From: an uncultured Acidobacteriota bacterium
GTDB lineage: Bacteria; Acidobacteriota; Thermoanaerobaculia; Multivoradales; JAHEKO01
Direction: 5' to 3'
Length of the DNA stretch: 64,000 nucleotides
Assembly: GCA_963713825.1 (NCBI GenBank)
Contig: CAVQNG010000005.1
Location: 384,001 to 448,000 of the forward strand
Part shown: one piece after another, positions 46,867 to 56,360 of the stretch
Numbering within the stretch: the stretch's first letter is position 1
Layout: each line of letters begins with the position of its first letter
The notes under the pieces: model-generated
The model's database searches: none
What the model was told of the DNA's origin: nothing
Seen by the model: the letters and a program-made list of their open reading frames with translations, nothing else
Made by a program: the position numbers and the translations under genes

Positions 46867-46927
46867 ATCTTAGTGAAAAATTGTAAGATATAGTGAGTGA
46901 GCAAGTTGACAAGGCTCCGCTAAACTT
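46867..46927 (+). promoter_or_regulatory. AT-rich dnaK promoter region with HAIR-like inverted repeats (putative HspR operators)
   Basis: AAGTTGACA-AGGCTCC-GCTAAACTT (46903-46927) resembles the HAIR consensus CTTGAGT-N7-ACTCAAG. A second IR, ATCTTA-N11-TAAGAT, lies at 46867-46889. hspR is in the same gene run. Confidence 0.5.
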
Positions 46928-47009
46928 TGAGAACAGTTTTTGGCCGCCGCCGGCAGAACCACCGGCACAAAGCCACTGAAATTGCAGGAAAAACTCAGGA
47001 GGAAAAAGG

Positions 47010-48908
47010 ATGAGCAAGATTATCGGAATCGATCTGGGTACCACCAATAGTGTGGTGGCCCTGATGGAAGGAACCGAGCCCAAGGTGGTCGCCAATGCCG
47101 AAGGGAACAGAACGACGCCGTCCGTGGTGGCTTTCACCAAGAGCGGTGAGCGTCTGGTCGGTCAGGTCGCGAAGCGGCAGAGTGTGACCAATCCCGAGAA
47201 CACCATCTACTCCATCAAGCGATTCATGGGTCGTCGCTACGACGAGGTGAGCGAAGAGATGAAGATGGTGCCCTTCAAGGTCACTGACGGAGACGGTGGC
47301 GTCCGAATCGTCGTCGAGGGGAAAGAGTACACCCCGGAGGAGATATCGGCGATGGTCCTGCAGAAGCTCAAGCAGGCGGCCGAGGACTATCTGGGCGAAG
47401 AGGTGACGAAAGCCGTCATCACCGTGCCGGCCTACTTCAACGATGCGCAGAGGCAGGCCACCAAGGATGCGGGCCGGATCGCCGGCCTGGAGGTCGAACG
47501 TCTGGTCAATGAGCCGACTGCGGCAGCCCTGGCCTACGGCCTCGACAAGAAGAAGGATCAGTTGATCGCCGTTTACGACTTCGGTGGAGGCACGTTCGAC
47601 ATCTCCATTCTCGAGGTTGGAGAGGGAGTCGTCGAAGTCAAGGCGACCAATGGTGACACGCACCTGGGAGGCGACAACATCGACCAGCGGATCATCGACT
47701 GGTTGCTGGAGGAGTTCAAGAAGGACCAGGGTATCGACCTGGCCAAGGATCCGATGGCGGTCCAGCGTCTCAGAGAGGCGGCGGAGAAGGCCAAGATCGA
47801 GCTCTCGAGCGCCCAGGAGACCGAGATCAATCTACCCTTCATCACGGCCGATGCCTCGGGCCCGAAGCATCTCAACATCAAGCTGACTCGCAGCAAGCTC
47901 GAGCAGCTGGTCGAGGATCTGATTCAGCGTTCCGTCGAGCCCTGTAAGCAGGCGTTGAAGGACGCAGGTGTCGACAAGGACGCTATCGACGAAGTGGTGC
48001 TGGTCGGTGGTCAGACCCGCATGCCGGCAGTCCAGAAGGTCGTCCAGGAAGTCTTCGGTCGCGAGCCGCACAAGGGTGTGAACCCCGACGAGGTGGTGTC
48101 GATCGGCGCAGCGGTTCAGGGCGGCGTCCTGCGAGGCGATGTGACAGACGTTCTGCTCCTGGATGTCACCCCCCTGTCCCTGGGCATCGAAACCCTGGGA
48201 GGGGTGTTCACCAAGCTGATCGACCGCAACACGACCATCCCGACGCGCAAGAACGAGGTTTTCTCGACCGCGGCGGACAGTCAGACCTCGGTCGAGGTGC
48301 ATGTGCTGCAAGGTGAGCGCGAAATGGCGAAGGACAATCGAACGCTGGGACGATTCCACCTGGTGGGAATCCCGTCGGCGCCACGAGGCGTGCCTCAGAT
48401 CGACGTCATCTTCGACATCGACGCCAACGGCATTCTCAACGTATCGGCCAAGGACCTGGGTACCGGCAAGGAGCAGAAGATCACTATCAGCGGCTCCGGT
48501 GGCCTGGGCGAAGACGAGATCCAGCGCATGGTGAAGGACTCCGAGTCCAATGCCGAAGAGGACAAAGACCGACGGCAACGGGTGGAGGCGCGAAATCGTC
48601 TCGATCAGCTGATCTACTCGACAGAGAAGACTCTCGAGGAGCACAAGGACAAGTTGGGCTCCGACGATCAGGCCAACCTCGGTCGTTCCCTGGAGGAAGC
48701 GAAGCAAGCCCTCGAGTCCGACGACCTGGCGAAGCTCGAGAAGGCCGTCGCCGACCTGACCGAGGCCTCGCACAAGCTGGCCGAGGCCATGTACAAGGAC
48801 ACTCAGGCTGGAGCTCCGGGAGCCGCACCAGAGAGTGCGCCGAGTCCCGAAGCGGATGACTCCGAAGTGATCGACGCCGAGTTCGTCGACGTCGACGAGG
48901 CCAACTAA
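47010..48908 (+). CDS. dnaK: molecular chaperone DnaK
   Basis: Motifs [42 protein letters not shown] and [20 protein letters not shown]. Confidence 0.98.
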   Translation: MSKIIGIDLGTTNSVVALMEGTEPKVVANAEGNRTTPSVVAFTKSGERLVGQVAKRQSVTNPENTIYSIKRFMGRRYDEVSEEMKMVPFKVTDGDGGVRIVVEGKEYTPEEISAMVLQKLKQAAEDYLGEEVTKAVITVPAYFNDAQRQATKDAGRIAGLEVERLVNEPTAAALAYGLDKKKDQLIAVYDFGGGTFDISILEVGEGVVEVKATNGDTHLGGDNIDQRIIDWLLEEFKKDQGIDLAKDPMAVQRLREAAEKAKIELSSAQETEINLPFITADASGPKHLNIKLTRSKLEQLVEDLIQRSVEPCKQALKDAGVDKDAIDEVVLVGGQTRMPAVQKVVQEVFGREPHKGVNPDEVVSIGAAVQGGVLRGDVTDVLLLDVTPLSLGIETLGGVFTKLIDRNTTIPTRKNEVFSTAADSQTSVEVHVLQGEREMAKDNRTLGRFHLVGIPSAPRGVPQIDVIFDIDANGILNVSAKDLGTGKEQKITISGSGGLGEDEIQRMVKDSESNAEEDKDRRQRVEARNRLDQLIYSTEKTLEEHKDKLGSDDQANLGRSLEEAKQALESDDLAKLEKAVADLTEASHKLAEAMYKDTQAGAPGAAPESAPSPEADDSEVIDAEFVDVDEAN

Positions 48909-48931
48909 GCACTGAGTAGCGATTGAATCCG

Positions 48932-48977
48932 CGCCCCATCGCTGGCCCTGGCCAAACCGGGTGACAGCGATGGGGCG
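48932..48977 (+). terminator. strong hairpin between dnaK and hspR (terminator/mRNA stabiliser)
   Basis: Perfect 13-bp stem CGCCCCATCGCTG / CAGCGATGGGGCG with no U-tract. Confidence 0.55.
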
Positions 48978-49004
48978 AGGCTACACCCCTCGGGAGATCG
49001 AACC

Positions 49005-49469
49005 ATGCCGCGAAAACAGAAGCAGCGAAAGTACCTGATGATCAGCGCTGTGGCGGAGCGTTTCGAGATCCATCCCCAGACGCTGCGCCTTTATGAGCGG
49101 GAGGGCCTCATTGCCCCGCAACGAAGCCAAGGCAACACCCGCCTCTACGATGAAGAGACCCTGCAGCGTCTCGAGACGATTCTCACCCTGACAAGGGACC
49201 TGGGAGTCAACCTCGCCGGGGTCGAAGTCATCCTCAACATGCGCCAGCAGATGGAGAGCATGCAGATCGAGGTCGATCGTCTGTTGGCCTTCGTCAAGCA
49301 GGAAATCCTGGATCGTCGAACCGGTGTGGACCGCCGGTACGCATTGGTCAGGGTGGGAAGAGGGCCCTTGACGCGATCGACTCTCGCCGAACAGGAAGCC
49401 ACGGATCGCGAACCCCAGCGACGTCGCGGCTCCCGGTCATCCACCAAGCCCAAATCCCGCCGCCGCTGA
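49005..49469 (+). CDS. hspR: MerR-family heat-shock repressor HspR
   Basis: MISAVAERFEIHPQTLRLYEREGL, PQRSQGNTRLY, LTRDLGVNLAGVEVIL. Lies downstream of dnaK. Confidence 0.88.
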   Translation: MPRKQKQRKYLMISAVAERFEIHPQTLRLYEREGLIAPQRSQGNTRLYDEETLQRLETILTLTRDLGVNLAGVEVILNMRQQMESMQIEVDRLLAFVKQEILDRRTGVDRRYALVRVGRGPLTRSTLAEQEATDREPQRRRGSRSSTKPKSRRR

Positions 49470-49508
49470 GAGACTGCTGTCGCCCTGCCCCCATGCTACG
49501 ATTCGTGG

Positions 49509-50312
49509 ATGCCATTGGAGGCTGGACAAGAGGACATCTGCCCGGAGTGTGAAGGCCGGGGATGGGTCATCGAGCAGGACAACGGTGCCGGTACGGCCCG
49601 CCGCTGTGACTGCCGGTTCCAGAATCTGGCACCGCGCCTCCTCGAAGCAGCCGGGATTCCATCCCGCTATCGCAACTGCTCGTTCAAGAACTTCGACATC
49701 AACGCACCCAGCCCAGCAGACAAAGACCAGCTGCTGCAGGCCAAGACCGTCAGCGACCACTACGTCGAGGGCTTCCTGAAGCCCGAAGGCGGTTTCACGG
49801 AGTCTGGCCTCCTCTATATCGGCTCACCAGGTGTGGGCAAGACCCACCTGGCCGTGGCGGTACTGAAATCCTTGATCGAGCGCTACCGGGTCCGTGGCCT
49901 ATTCGTGGACTTCACGGCGCTCATTCATCAGATTCAATCGACGTTCGATCCCGGTTCGCCGGAGTCGAAACGAGATGTCCTCGACCCGGTCGTCAAGGCC
50001 GAAGTCCTGGTACTCGACGAATTGGGCGCGCAAAAGCCCACACCCTGGGTGAACGAGATCCTCTACCTGATCATGAACAGTCGCTACACGCAGCGGCTAC
50101 CGACCCTGTTTACGACCAACTTCCGACTCGAGTCGGACTCTGTGGCGGCCCACGACAATCTCGATCGAACTCCTTCGAGCCCGAGCTTCCAGCTGCTGTC
50201 TTCCCGCATCTCTGCCAACCTTTTGAGCAGGCTGTACGAGATGGCGCGCCCAGTGGCCATCGAGGCGGAGGATTTTCGGCGGGAAGTCCAGATGCAGAAG
50301 CATCGATTCTAG
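49509..50312 (+). CDS. DnaC/IstB-like AAA+ ATPase with N-terminal Zn finger (putative helicase loader)
   Basis: CPECEGRGW..CDC, AGIPSRY, GSPGVGKTHLA, LVLDELG, FTTN and SRLYEM. Extended -10 TGCTACGAT lies 6 nt before the ATG. Confidence 0.85.
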   Translation: MPLEAGQEDICPECEGRGWVIEQDNGAGTARRCDCRFQNLAPRLLEAAGIPSRYRNCSFKNFDINAPSPADKDQLLQAKTVSDHYVEGFLKPEGGFTESGLLYIGSPGVGKTHLAVAVLKSLIERYRVRGLFVDFTALIHQIQSTFDPGSPESKRDVLDPVVKAEVLVLDELGAQKPTPWVNEILYLIMNSRYTQRLPTLFTTNFRLESDSVAAHDNLDRTPSSPSFQLLSSRISANLLSRLYEMARPVAIEAEDFRREVQMQKHRF

Positions 50313-50332
50313 AGCTCGCCCCGACCTCGGCA

Positions 50333-51295
50333 ATGGCACTCTCGGCGGTCAGCTGCATTCAACGCGGTGTCACCAACCTGCGAGCCAATTGGGAGTTGGT
50401 CTTCATCTCCTGGTTGCAGGGCTTCCTATCGGCCTCTTTGGTCGTCGTGGGTTTCGCTCCGCCCCTTGCGGTCCTGGGGTTCGCATCGCTCGACTGGATG
50501 AACACGACCCCGGTGGAGTGGGCCGAGTTCCTGGCCCAAATGGGTCAGTTGATGAATCGAGGCTCGGAAGCCTGGTTGCTGCTGGGAACCTCGCTTCTAG
50601 TGTCGTGTGCCATATGGCTAGCGGCATTTCTGGTTTACTGTTTCTTTCAAGGTGGAATTTTCGGCATCCTCATGACTGGCGACCGGCAGGCACCCCAAGG
50701 ACGACTCCATGGCTGGGAGTGGTTCCGGACCTACAGCGGGCGAGACCTGCGGGGCTGGGGTGGACGGTATCTGTGGAGGTACTTCTGGTTGCTCAACCTG
50801 ATTGCCTCGCTCGCCCTGCTCTGGGTGCTGATCTTCGCAGTCGTGATCGGTCTGACCGCACTGGGTGGCGAGCAATGGGGAGCGACGGCGGCATTCGGCA
50901 TCGGCTGCGGGGCCTCGATTCCACTCTTCTTCGGTTTGCTGCTGCTGGCTCTCTGGGCGAACGTGGCGCAGGTCGACCTGGCTCGAGAGGATTCGAGTGT
51001 CGGTACGGCGCTGCGTCGATCGCTGGGATTGGTAGGGCGGCGGTTGGGTGCGGTCACGATCCTCTTCCTCGTCGCACTGGTCCTGGCCATCGTGATCGGT
51101 GTCGGGTTCTCGATCCTGTCGTTCGCCTCGGGTCTCTTCCTGCCCGAGACCGGTTCCGGCCAATGGGCGGGTATGTTGGTCCAACTCGTTCTCAGTGGCA
51201 TCGAGATGATCCTGGGTAGCATGGTTGCCATTGGTCTCTCCGCTTCTCTCGTCAGCCTGGTGCGAAGTGAAGTGGCACTGGAGCACCAGGGTTGA
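50333..51295 (+). CDS. hypothetical integral membrane protein
   Basis: 320 aa with about six hydrophobic segments. Its stop overlaps the next start (TTGA). Confidence 0.7.
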   Translation: MALSAVSCIQRGVTNLRANWELVFISWLQGFLSASLVVVGFAPPLAVLGFASLDWMNTTPVEWAEFLAQMGQLMNRGSEAWLLLGTSLLVSCAIWLAAFLVYCFFQGGIFGILMTGDRQAPQGRLHGWEWFRTYSGRDLRGWGGRYLWRYFWLLNLIASLALLWVLIFAVVIGLTALGGEQWGATAAFGIGCGASIPLFFGLLLLALWANVAQVDLAREDSSVGTALRRSLGLVGRRLGAVTILFLVALVLAIVIGVGFSILSFASGLFLPETGSGQWAGMLVQLVLSGIEMILGSMVAIGLSASLVSLVRSEVALEHQG

Positions 51296-53484
51296 GCATC
51301 TTTCGCCCGAATCTGCGAACAGCATTCCTGGCGCTCGTTCTCATCGGCGCGCTGTGGGCCGCTGTCAGCCCTGGTGGCCAGGATCGACTTCTGGCAGCGG
51401 ATTCCGCGGCGACTTCTAGTCGGGGAAGCCAGCCGGCTGCAGGACCGGCCAGGGCAGTCCAGGCGAGTCCGCGGCTTGCGGTTCCGAGTCGACTGCGTGT
51501 CGGGCTGGCGACCGACCTCGAGGAGTTGGTGCTGCCCTGTTGTGACGGCGACCTGATTGCCGAGGCGAATGGTCGGGTCGTGGCGCAGGTGAGCTCTTTG
51601 AAGGTCGAGCCTGGAGTCGAGATCAAGACACCAGCCGTGTACCGATTGCAGGCGGCGGCGCTCAAGGACGAATCACAGGCACAGGGACTGGCGAAACAGC
51701 TGGGCAGTCGGTTCGGCTTGCCCGCCGACGTTGTTTTCGATGCCGGGATCGATCTCTACCGGGTGCGGGTCGGACGCTTTCCAACTCGCGATGAGGCCGT
51801 TGCTGGACAGCGCAGGTTGATCGGCGCCGGGCTCAGTGGTGCGTGGATCGTCAGCGAGCAGGCCGACCTGGGAGAGGCCGAGCTGCGGATGACGCTGGGC
51901 GGGAAGACCTATCATTCGCCAGGGCGTTGGCTGACAGTGCGCAGCGGTTCGGGTAACGGGATCCGATTCAAGAACGCGCGGTACCGCGGCGATCTGCTCG
52001 TCTATCTGAACGATCGGGGCCTGCTCAACGTCATCAACGAGCTACCCGTGGAGGAGTATCTGAGAGGGGTCGTGCCGCGGGAAATGGGCCCTGGGGAGTA
52101 TGGGCAGATCGAGGCTCTCAAAGCTCAGACGGTGGCGGCCCGAACCTACACCCTGAAGAACCTCGGCGAGTTCCAGGCAGAGGGTTACGACATCTGCGCG
52201 ACGCCGCGATGTCAGGTCTATGGTGGGATGTCCGTTGAACACCCCCTGACGGATCGGGCGATCGCTGAGACTGCTGGCGAAGTACTGGTCTGGAATGAGG
52301 AGCTGGTCGAGGCCCTCTACAGCTCCACCTGTGGCGGGCACACCGAGAACGTCAGCCTCATCTTTCCCCAGAAGGACGCGCCCTATTTGAAGGGCGTCTC
52401 TTGTCTGGAAGCCGGCGTCGATCGTGTCGACTCGCGGTTGCCTCGCGGTATGGAGTTTCCTGCCGGGCTCCTGGATCAGCTGATGCCGCCCAGCGGCACG
52501 AGGCTGACGGCGGAGGTCGTCGGGGCGCGACTCGAGCACCTGGCCCTGATGGCCGGGCTGCCGATTCCCCGGGATCGTCTGGCCTCTCTGGAGCGACAGG
52601 AGGTGCAACGCTTCATCGCCTCGATCTTCGATCTGGCTTTGGATGCGCGCCTGTTTGTCTCGCCTGCGGACCTGCCCTACCTCTTGGACGAGCCACCGGC
52701 CGATTGGTCGGAGGAAGACCTGCAGCTGGCGGCCTATCTGATGAAGAGTGGTCTGTTGGCCGGTGACCTCAACGAGCCACTGACGGCGGCGGAGATCGAC
52801 GAGACGCTGTACAGGCTGGCCATCTACTTGCGGGTGGTTGAGATGATCGAGGCGCGGTACCTCGGGCTCGAAGGGGGACAGCTTCAGGTTCGACTGGCCG
52901 AGGAAGATGCCTCGTATGTCGTCGGTGATCGGCTGGCGACCTTTCGCCAGTTTGGTTCGAGCACAGTCAGCTCTTCGCTGGCGCTGCTGGCTGGCGACTG
53001 GATGGAGCTCTACCTTCACAACGACCAGCTAGTGGCCCTGGTGCACCAGGTCGAGACTGCTGGGGCGACCTATGACCGGAGCAGCAAACGCAGTTCGTGG
53101 ACTCGATTTCGCAGCGATCGGCAGCTGACGGAAATGGTCAACGATCGCTACCCGGGGCTCGGGTTTCAGGGTCTCGAGATTCTCGAGCGGGGAGTGTCGG
53201 GACGGGTAGGCAGAATGAAGGTGCTGGGCGACGGTGGGCGGTCCGAGGTCATCGAAGGACTGGCGGTGCGCTGGACGCTGGATGTGCCCGACACCCTGTT
53301 CACCGCCAAGCGTCTGACACCTCCCGACAAGTCGCCCGGCTGGCTTTTCACGGGACGAGGCTGGGGACATGGCGTCGGAATGTGCCAGATCGGGGCCTTC
53401 GGGATGGCGATCCGCGGCCACTCCTATCAGGACATTCTGCGACACTACTACACCGGAATCGACATCGTACGCACAACGCCTTGA
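51292..53484 (+). CDS. SpoIID/LytB domain lytic transglycosylase with SPOR domain
   Basis: Signal anchor, SPOR-like YRLQAAA...YRVRVGRF, YRGD, EEYLRGVVPREM, EALKAQTVAARTY, CQVYGG, YSSTCGGHTE and GRGWGHGVGMCQ. Confidence 0.9.
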   Translation: MSIFRPNLRTAFLALVLIGALWAAVSPGGQDRLLAADSAATSSRGSQPAAGPARAVQASPRLAVPSRLRVGLATDLEELVLPCCDGDLIAEANGRVVAQVSSLKVEPGVEIKTPAVYRLQAAALKDESQAQGLAKQLGSRFGLPADVVFDAGIDLYRVRVGRFPTRDEAVAGQRRLIGAGLSGAWIVSEQADLGEAELRMTLGGKTYHSPGRWLTVRSGSGNGIRFKNARYRGDLLVYLNDRGLLNVINELPVEEYLRGVVPREMGPGEYGQIEALKAQTVAARTYTLKNLGEFQAEGYDICATPRCQVYGGMSVEHPLTDRAIAETAGEVLVWNEELVEALYSSTCGGHTENVSLIFPQKDAPYLKGVSCLEAGVDRVDSRLPRGMEFPAGLLDQLMPPSGTRLTAEVVGARLEHLALMAGLPIPRDRLASLERQEVQRFIASIFDLALDARLFVSPADLPYLLDEPPADWSEEDLQLAAYLMKSGLLAGDLNEPLTAAEIDETLYRLAIYLRVVEMIEARYLGLEGGQLQVRLAEEDASYVVGDRLATFRQFGSSTVSSSLALLAGDWMELYLHNDQLVALVHQVETAGATYDRSSKRSSWTRFRSDRQLTEMVNDRYPGLGFQGLEILERGVSGRVGRMKVLGDGGRSEVIEGLAVRWTLDVPDTLFTAKRLTPPDKSPGWLFTGRGWGHGVGMCQIGAFGMAIRGHSYQDILRHYYTGIDIVRTTP

Positions 53485-53997
53485 GGGGTTGAGGCGGCTG
53501 TCGCTTGCTCCAGCCGATCTTTGCGGGCTTGGGGATGAGGAGCCCGGTCGTACCTCCGGTCTATCTTTGGGGCAGTGGGGCCCCCGACCATGCCCCTCCG
53601 ACGATGGAGGCCTCTGACCCGATCTGCCGCCTTCGAGGCGCATCGAGATTCCGACTACTGACTCACCCCTGACGCCCCTAAGCCCCTACACCCCTAGGCC
53701 CTCAACGGTGAAAGAGGTTCGTTCGGGTGGTTCGACAGGGGGCGCCGAGTCGAGCGCGGCGCAAGGCCCTTGATAGGGCACAGGAGATGGGGCGCGATGA
53801 CGAGACGAGGTGGCGGCCACCCATTGCAGTCTGAGTAGACGACGCCGTCCCCCGGCGAGCCACCCGGACGGACCTCTACGAGAAGAGAATCCAAGCCAGG
53901 TTCCAGGCCGGTCAGGGGCCGGTTGGAGCTAGCGACAGCCGCCCCAACCTCAAGTCCTCAGAGATCGGCCGAAGGAACGACGGCCGCTTCAACCCCC
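53485..53997 (-). repeat. mosaic intergenic repeat, copy F (core inverted relative to copy B)
   Basis: 2 forward units, then the reverse complement of S (partial), octamers at 53673-53704, Q at 53707-53816, P at 53841-53876, then 2 reverse units. Confidence 0.92.
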
Positions 53998-54044
53998 AGA
54001 GCCAATTGCCCTCGCCAGGTGGGCGCGATAGCATCCGGGACGTC

Positions 54045-55235
54045 ATGACCATAGCCAGCGAGCAAACTACAAGCACGAGCGTGTGCGATTTTTCCCTGAC
54101 TTCAGACCAGAAGGTCGTTCGGGAGGCCGCCCGAGACTTTGCCAGGCAGGAAATCGATCCTCTGGTCGAAGAGCTAGACGAGAGTCAGCATTTTCCGCTC
54201 GAGCTCTTCGCCAAAGCTGGAGAGCTGGGCTTCCTTGGAGTGATCTTTCCCGAGGAGTATGGCGGCTCCGGCCTGGGATACGTGGACTACGTGCTGGTCA
54301 TCACCGAGATCTCCAAGGTCGATCCTGCCATCGGTCTGAGTGTTGCAGCCCACAATTCCCTGTGCAGCAACCACATCTACAAGTTCGGCGACGAGGAGCA
54401 ACGACAGCGTTGGCTGGTGCCTCTAGCCAGCGGCACGAAGATCGGAGCGTGGAGCCTCACCGAGCCGGACGCCGGGTCGGACGCCGCCGGCACTCGGACC
54501 CGAGCCGAGCGAGTCGAGGGTGGCTGGATCCTCAATGGCTCCAAAACCTTCATCACCCATGGTTCGGTGGGCGACATCTGCGTGGTCATGGCGGTGACGG
54601 ATCCAGAGGGTCCTCGCCATCACAATCTTTCGGCCTTCGTGCTCGAGAAGGGGATGAAGGGCTTTCGCCCTGGCAAGAAGGAGAACAAGCTGGGAAGCAG
54701 GGCCTCCGATACGTCGGAAGTCATTATGGAAGACTGCTTCGTGCCCGATGGGCACCTTCTCGGCGAGCGTGGAGAGGGCTTCATTCAGGCCGTGAAGATC
54801 CTCGATGGAGGTCGCATTTCCATTGCCGCTCTCGGCCTGGGTACGGCAATCGGTGCCTATGAAACAGCACTGGCCTACGCCAAGGAGCGTGTGCAGTTCG
54901 GCAAGCCGATCGCGGAGTTCCAGGCGATCCGCTTCCATCTGGCGGAGATGGCGACGCGCATTGCGGCTGCCGAGGCGCTGACCATGGCGGCGGCGCTGAA
55001 AATGGACCAGGGCAAAAGGGTGACGCGGCTTGCCGCCGAGGCCAAGCTCTACACCGGCGAGACCGCCGTCTTCTGCGCCGAGCGGGGGGTCCAGATTCAC
55101 GGCGGCTATGGATACATCAAAGACTACAGGGCCGAGAAGTTCTACCGGGATTGCAAGATCTGCACGATCGGCGAGGGCACGAGCGAGATCCAGAGGCTGG
55201 TCATCGCCCGCCAGCTGTTGCGTGAACGTCGGTAG
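54045..55235 (+). CDS. acyl-CoA dehydrogenase (short/branched-chain type)
   Basis: Motifs FPEEYGGSG, AAHNSL, AWSLTEPDAGSDA, LNGSKTFIT, KLGSRAS, LDGGRI, RVQFG, QIHGGYGY and IGEGTSEIQR. Confidence 0.93.
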   Translation: MTIASEQTTSTSVCDFSLTSDQKVVREAARDFARQEIDPLVEELDESQHFPLELFAKAGELGFLGVIFPEEYGGSGLGYVDYVLVITEISKVDPAIGLSVAAHNSLCSNHIYKFGDEEQRQRWLVPLASGTKIGAWSLTEPDAGSDAAGTRTRAERVEGGWILNGSKTFITHGSVGDICVVMAVTDPEGPRHHNLSAFVLEKGMKGFRPGKKENKLGSRASDTSEVIMEDCFVPDGHLLGERGEGFIQAVKILDGGRISIAALGLGTAIGAYETALAYAKERVQFGKPIAEFQAIRFHLAEMATRIAAAEALTMAAALKMDQGKRVTRLAAEAKLYTGETAVFCAERGVQIHGGYGYIKDYRAEKFYRDCKICTIGEGTSEIQRLVIARQLLRERR

Positions 55236-55263
55236 AGCCGGGACCTACCTGCCGAGTGAAACC

Positions 55264-55686
55264 ATGATCGAAGGCATCGACCACATCGGCATCGCTGTGC
55301 GGTCGATCGAGGAGGCTCGGGCCTTCTACGAGGCTCTTGGCCTGAAGGTGGAGGCCGTCGAGGAAGTGCCTCACGAAGGCGTTCGCGTCGCTCTCATCCC
55401 TTGCGGCAATGTCCGCATCGAGTTGCTGGAGTCGACTGCCGAGGAGTCACCTGTTGGAAAGTTCCTTGCGAAACGGGGCCCCGGGCTGCACCATTTGTGC
55501 TTGACCACCGACGACGTCAAGGCGGATGACGCAGCCCTTCGGCAGTCCGGCTTCCGAGTTCTGCGACCTCAGCCAACTCGAGGAGCGGGTGGCTGTTGGG
55601 TGCAGTTCGTGCACCCCGAGAGCACCGGCGGTGTGCTTCTCGAGCTCTCGCAGCAGGCCGACGACGAGACTGACGAGACTGAATAG
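55264..55686 (+). CDS. mce: methylmalonyl-CoA epimerase (VOC family)
   Basis: Motifs IDHIGIAV, IELLE, FLAKRGPGLHH and FVHPESTGGVLLEL. Confidence 0.88.
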   Translation: MIEGIDHIGIAVRSIEEARAFYEALGLKVEAVEEVPHEGVRVALIPCGNVRIELLESTAEESPVGKFLAKRGPGLHHLCLTTDDVKADDAALRQSGFRVLRPQPTRGAGGCWVQFVHPESTGGVLLELSQQADDETDETE

Positions 55687-55712
55687 AGCAGGCAACCGGG
55701 ACGGAGCATGCC

Positions 55713-56045
55713 ATGTTGCAACGAGACTCCATCGTCATCGTCCATTTGGTGAATCCGACCGAGAAGTTCTGGGGAGTCCTCCAGGACCTGGACCCGAGCG
55801 GCCTCATGCTGCGGGGCTTGAGCGTCACCAGTTTCGATGACTGGATGTTCCAGGTCGCGCGACAGGAGGATCAGGCGCTGGGTCTGTCCACCATGTTCGT
55901 GCCGTTGTTCCGGGTGGAGCGGATCTTTCTGGACGAGCAGATCGGCGAGGTCGAGAGCTATCGCCAACGCTTCCAGACCCAGGTCGGCGAACCAGTGGAG
56001 CGTTTCATCGGCATCGAGGCGCCCGAAACTGAAGTGCCCTCCTAA
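55713..56045 (+). CDS. small hypothetical protein with Sm/LSm-like pattern
   Basis: GGAG RBS. VIVHLVNPTEKFWGVLQDLD.SGLML is Sm1-like and TMFVPLFRVERIFL is Sm2-like. Confidence 0.7.
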   Translation: MLQRDSIVIVHLVNPTEKFWGVLQDLDPSGLMLRGLSVTSFDDWMFQVARQEDQALGLSTMFVPLFRVERIFLDEQIGEVESYRQRFQTQVGEPVERFIGIEAPETEVPS

Positions 56046-56056
56046 CGTCGGGCCAG

Positions 56057-56329
56057 ACCTCTGGCACCGGTGAAAGCACTAGGGGCTTAGGAGCATAGTG
56101 GCGTAAGGGCTTAGGGCAGTAGGGGGAGAGGGGCCTAAGGGTGTAACAGGCGTGTCAGTAGCCGGATTCGTCATGTGTGTTGAAGGTGGTAGATCGGGCC
56201 AGGGAGACCCATGGCTCGATCGGCGGTCTCGATCCCCAAGCCCCAAAGGCCGGCCGAGACGAAGTGCGGCCGGTTCAACCCCCAAGCCCTCAAAGAGCGT
56301 CCGGGAGGCACGACCGGACGCCTCAACCC
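56057..56329 (+). repeat. mosaic intergenic repeat, copy G (end of Q, 8 octamers, internally deleted S, 2 reverse units)
   Basis: acctctggcacc, octamers at 56080-56143, gaaggtggtagatcgggcc, and units ending CGCCTCAACCC at 56329. A hairpin follows at 56336-56359. Confidence 0.9.
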
Positions 56330-56360
56330 TCAAACCCTGACGCCCGTTCGGGCGTCGGGA

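Noticed and set aside
49509-50312. IS21 IstB helper or prophage replication gene
   Set aside because: No istA transposase, terminal repeats or phage genes adjacent. The N-terminal Zn finger and context fit a chromosomal DnaC-like protein.
51292-53484. Evidence for sporulation (SpoIID, SpoIIE, SpoIIAA/AB-like genes)
   Set aside because: These families are widespread in non-sporulating bacteria. The window also encodes an outer-membrane barrel and a Lol-like permease, and no sporulation-specific genes.
53485-53997. Classical DDE-type MITE (GGGG-starting terminal inverted repeats reminiscent of the Tn3 family)
   Set aside because: No target-site duplication at copies A, B, F or H. The terminal motif is repeated internally in tandem, and the internal modules are shuffled.
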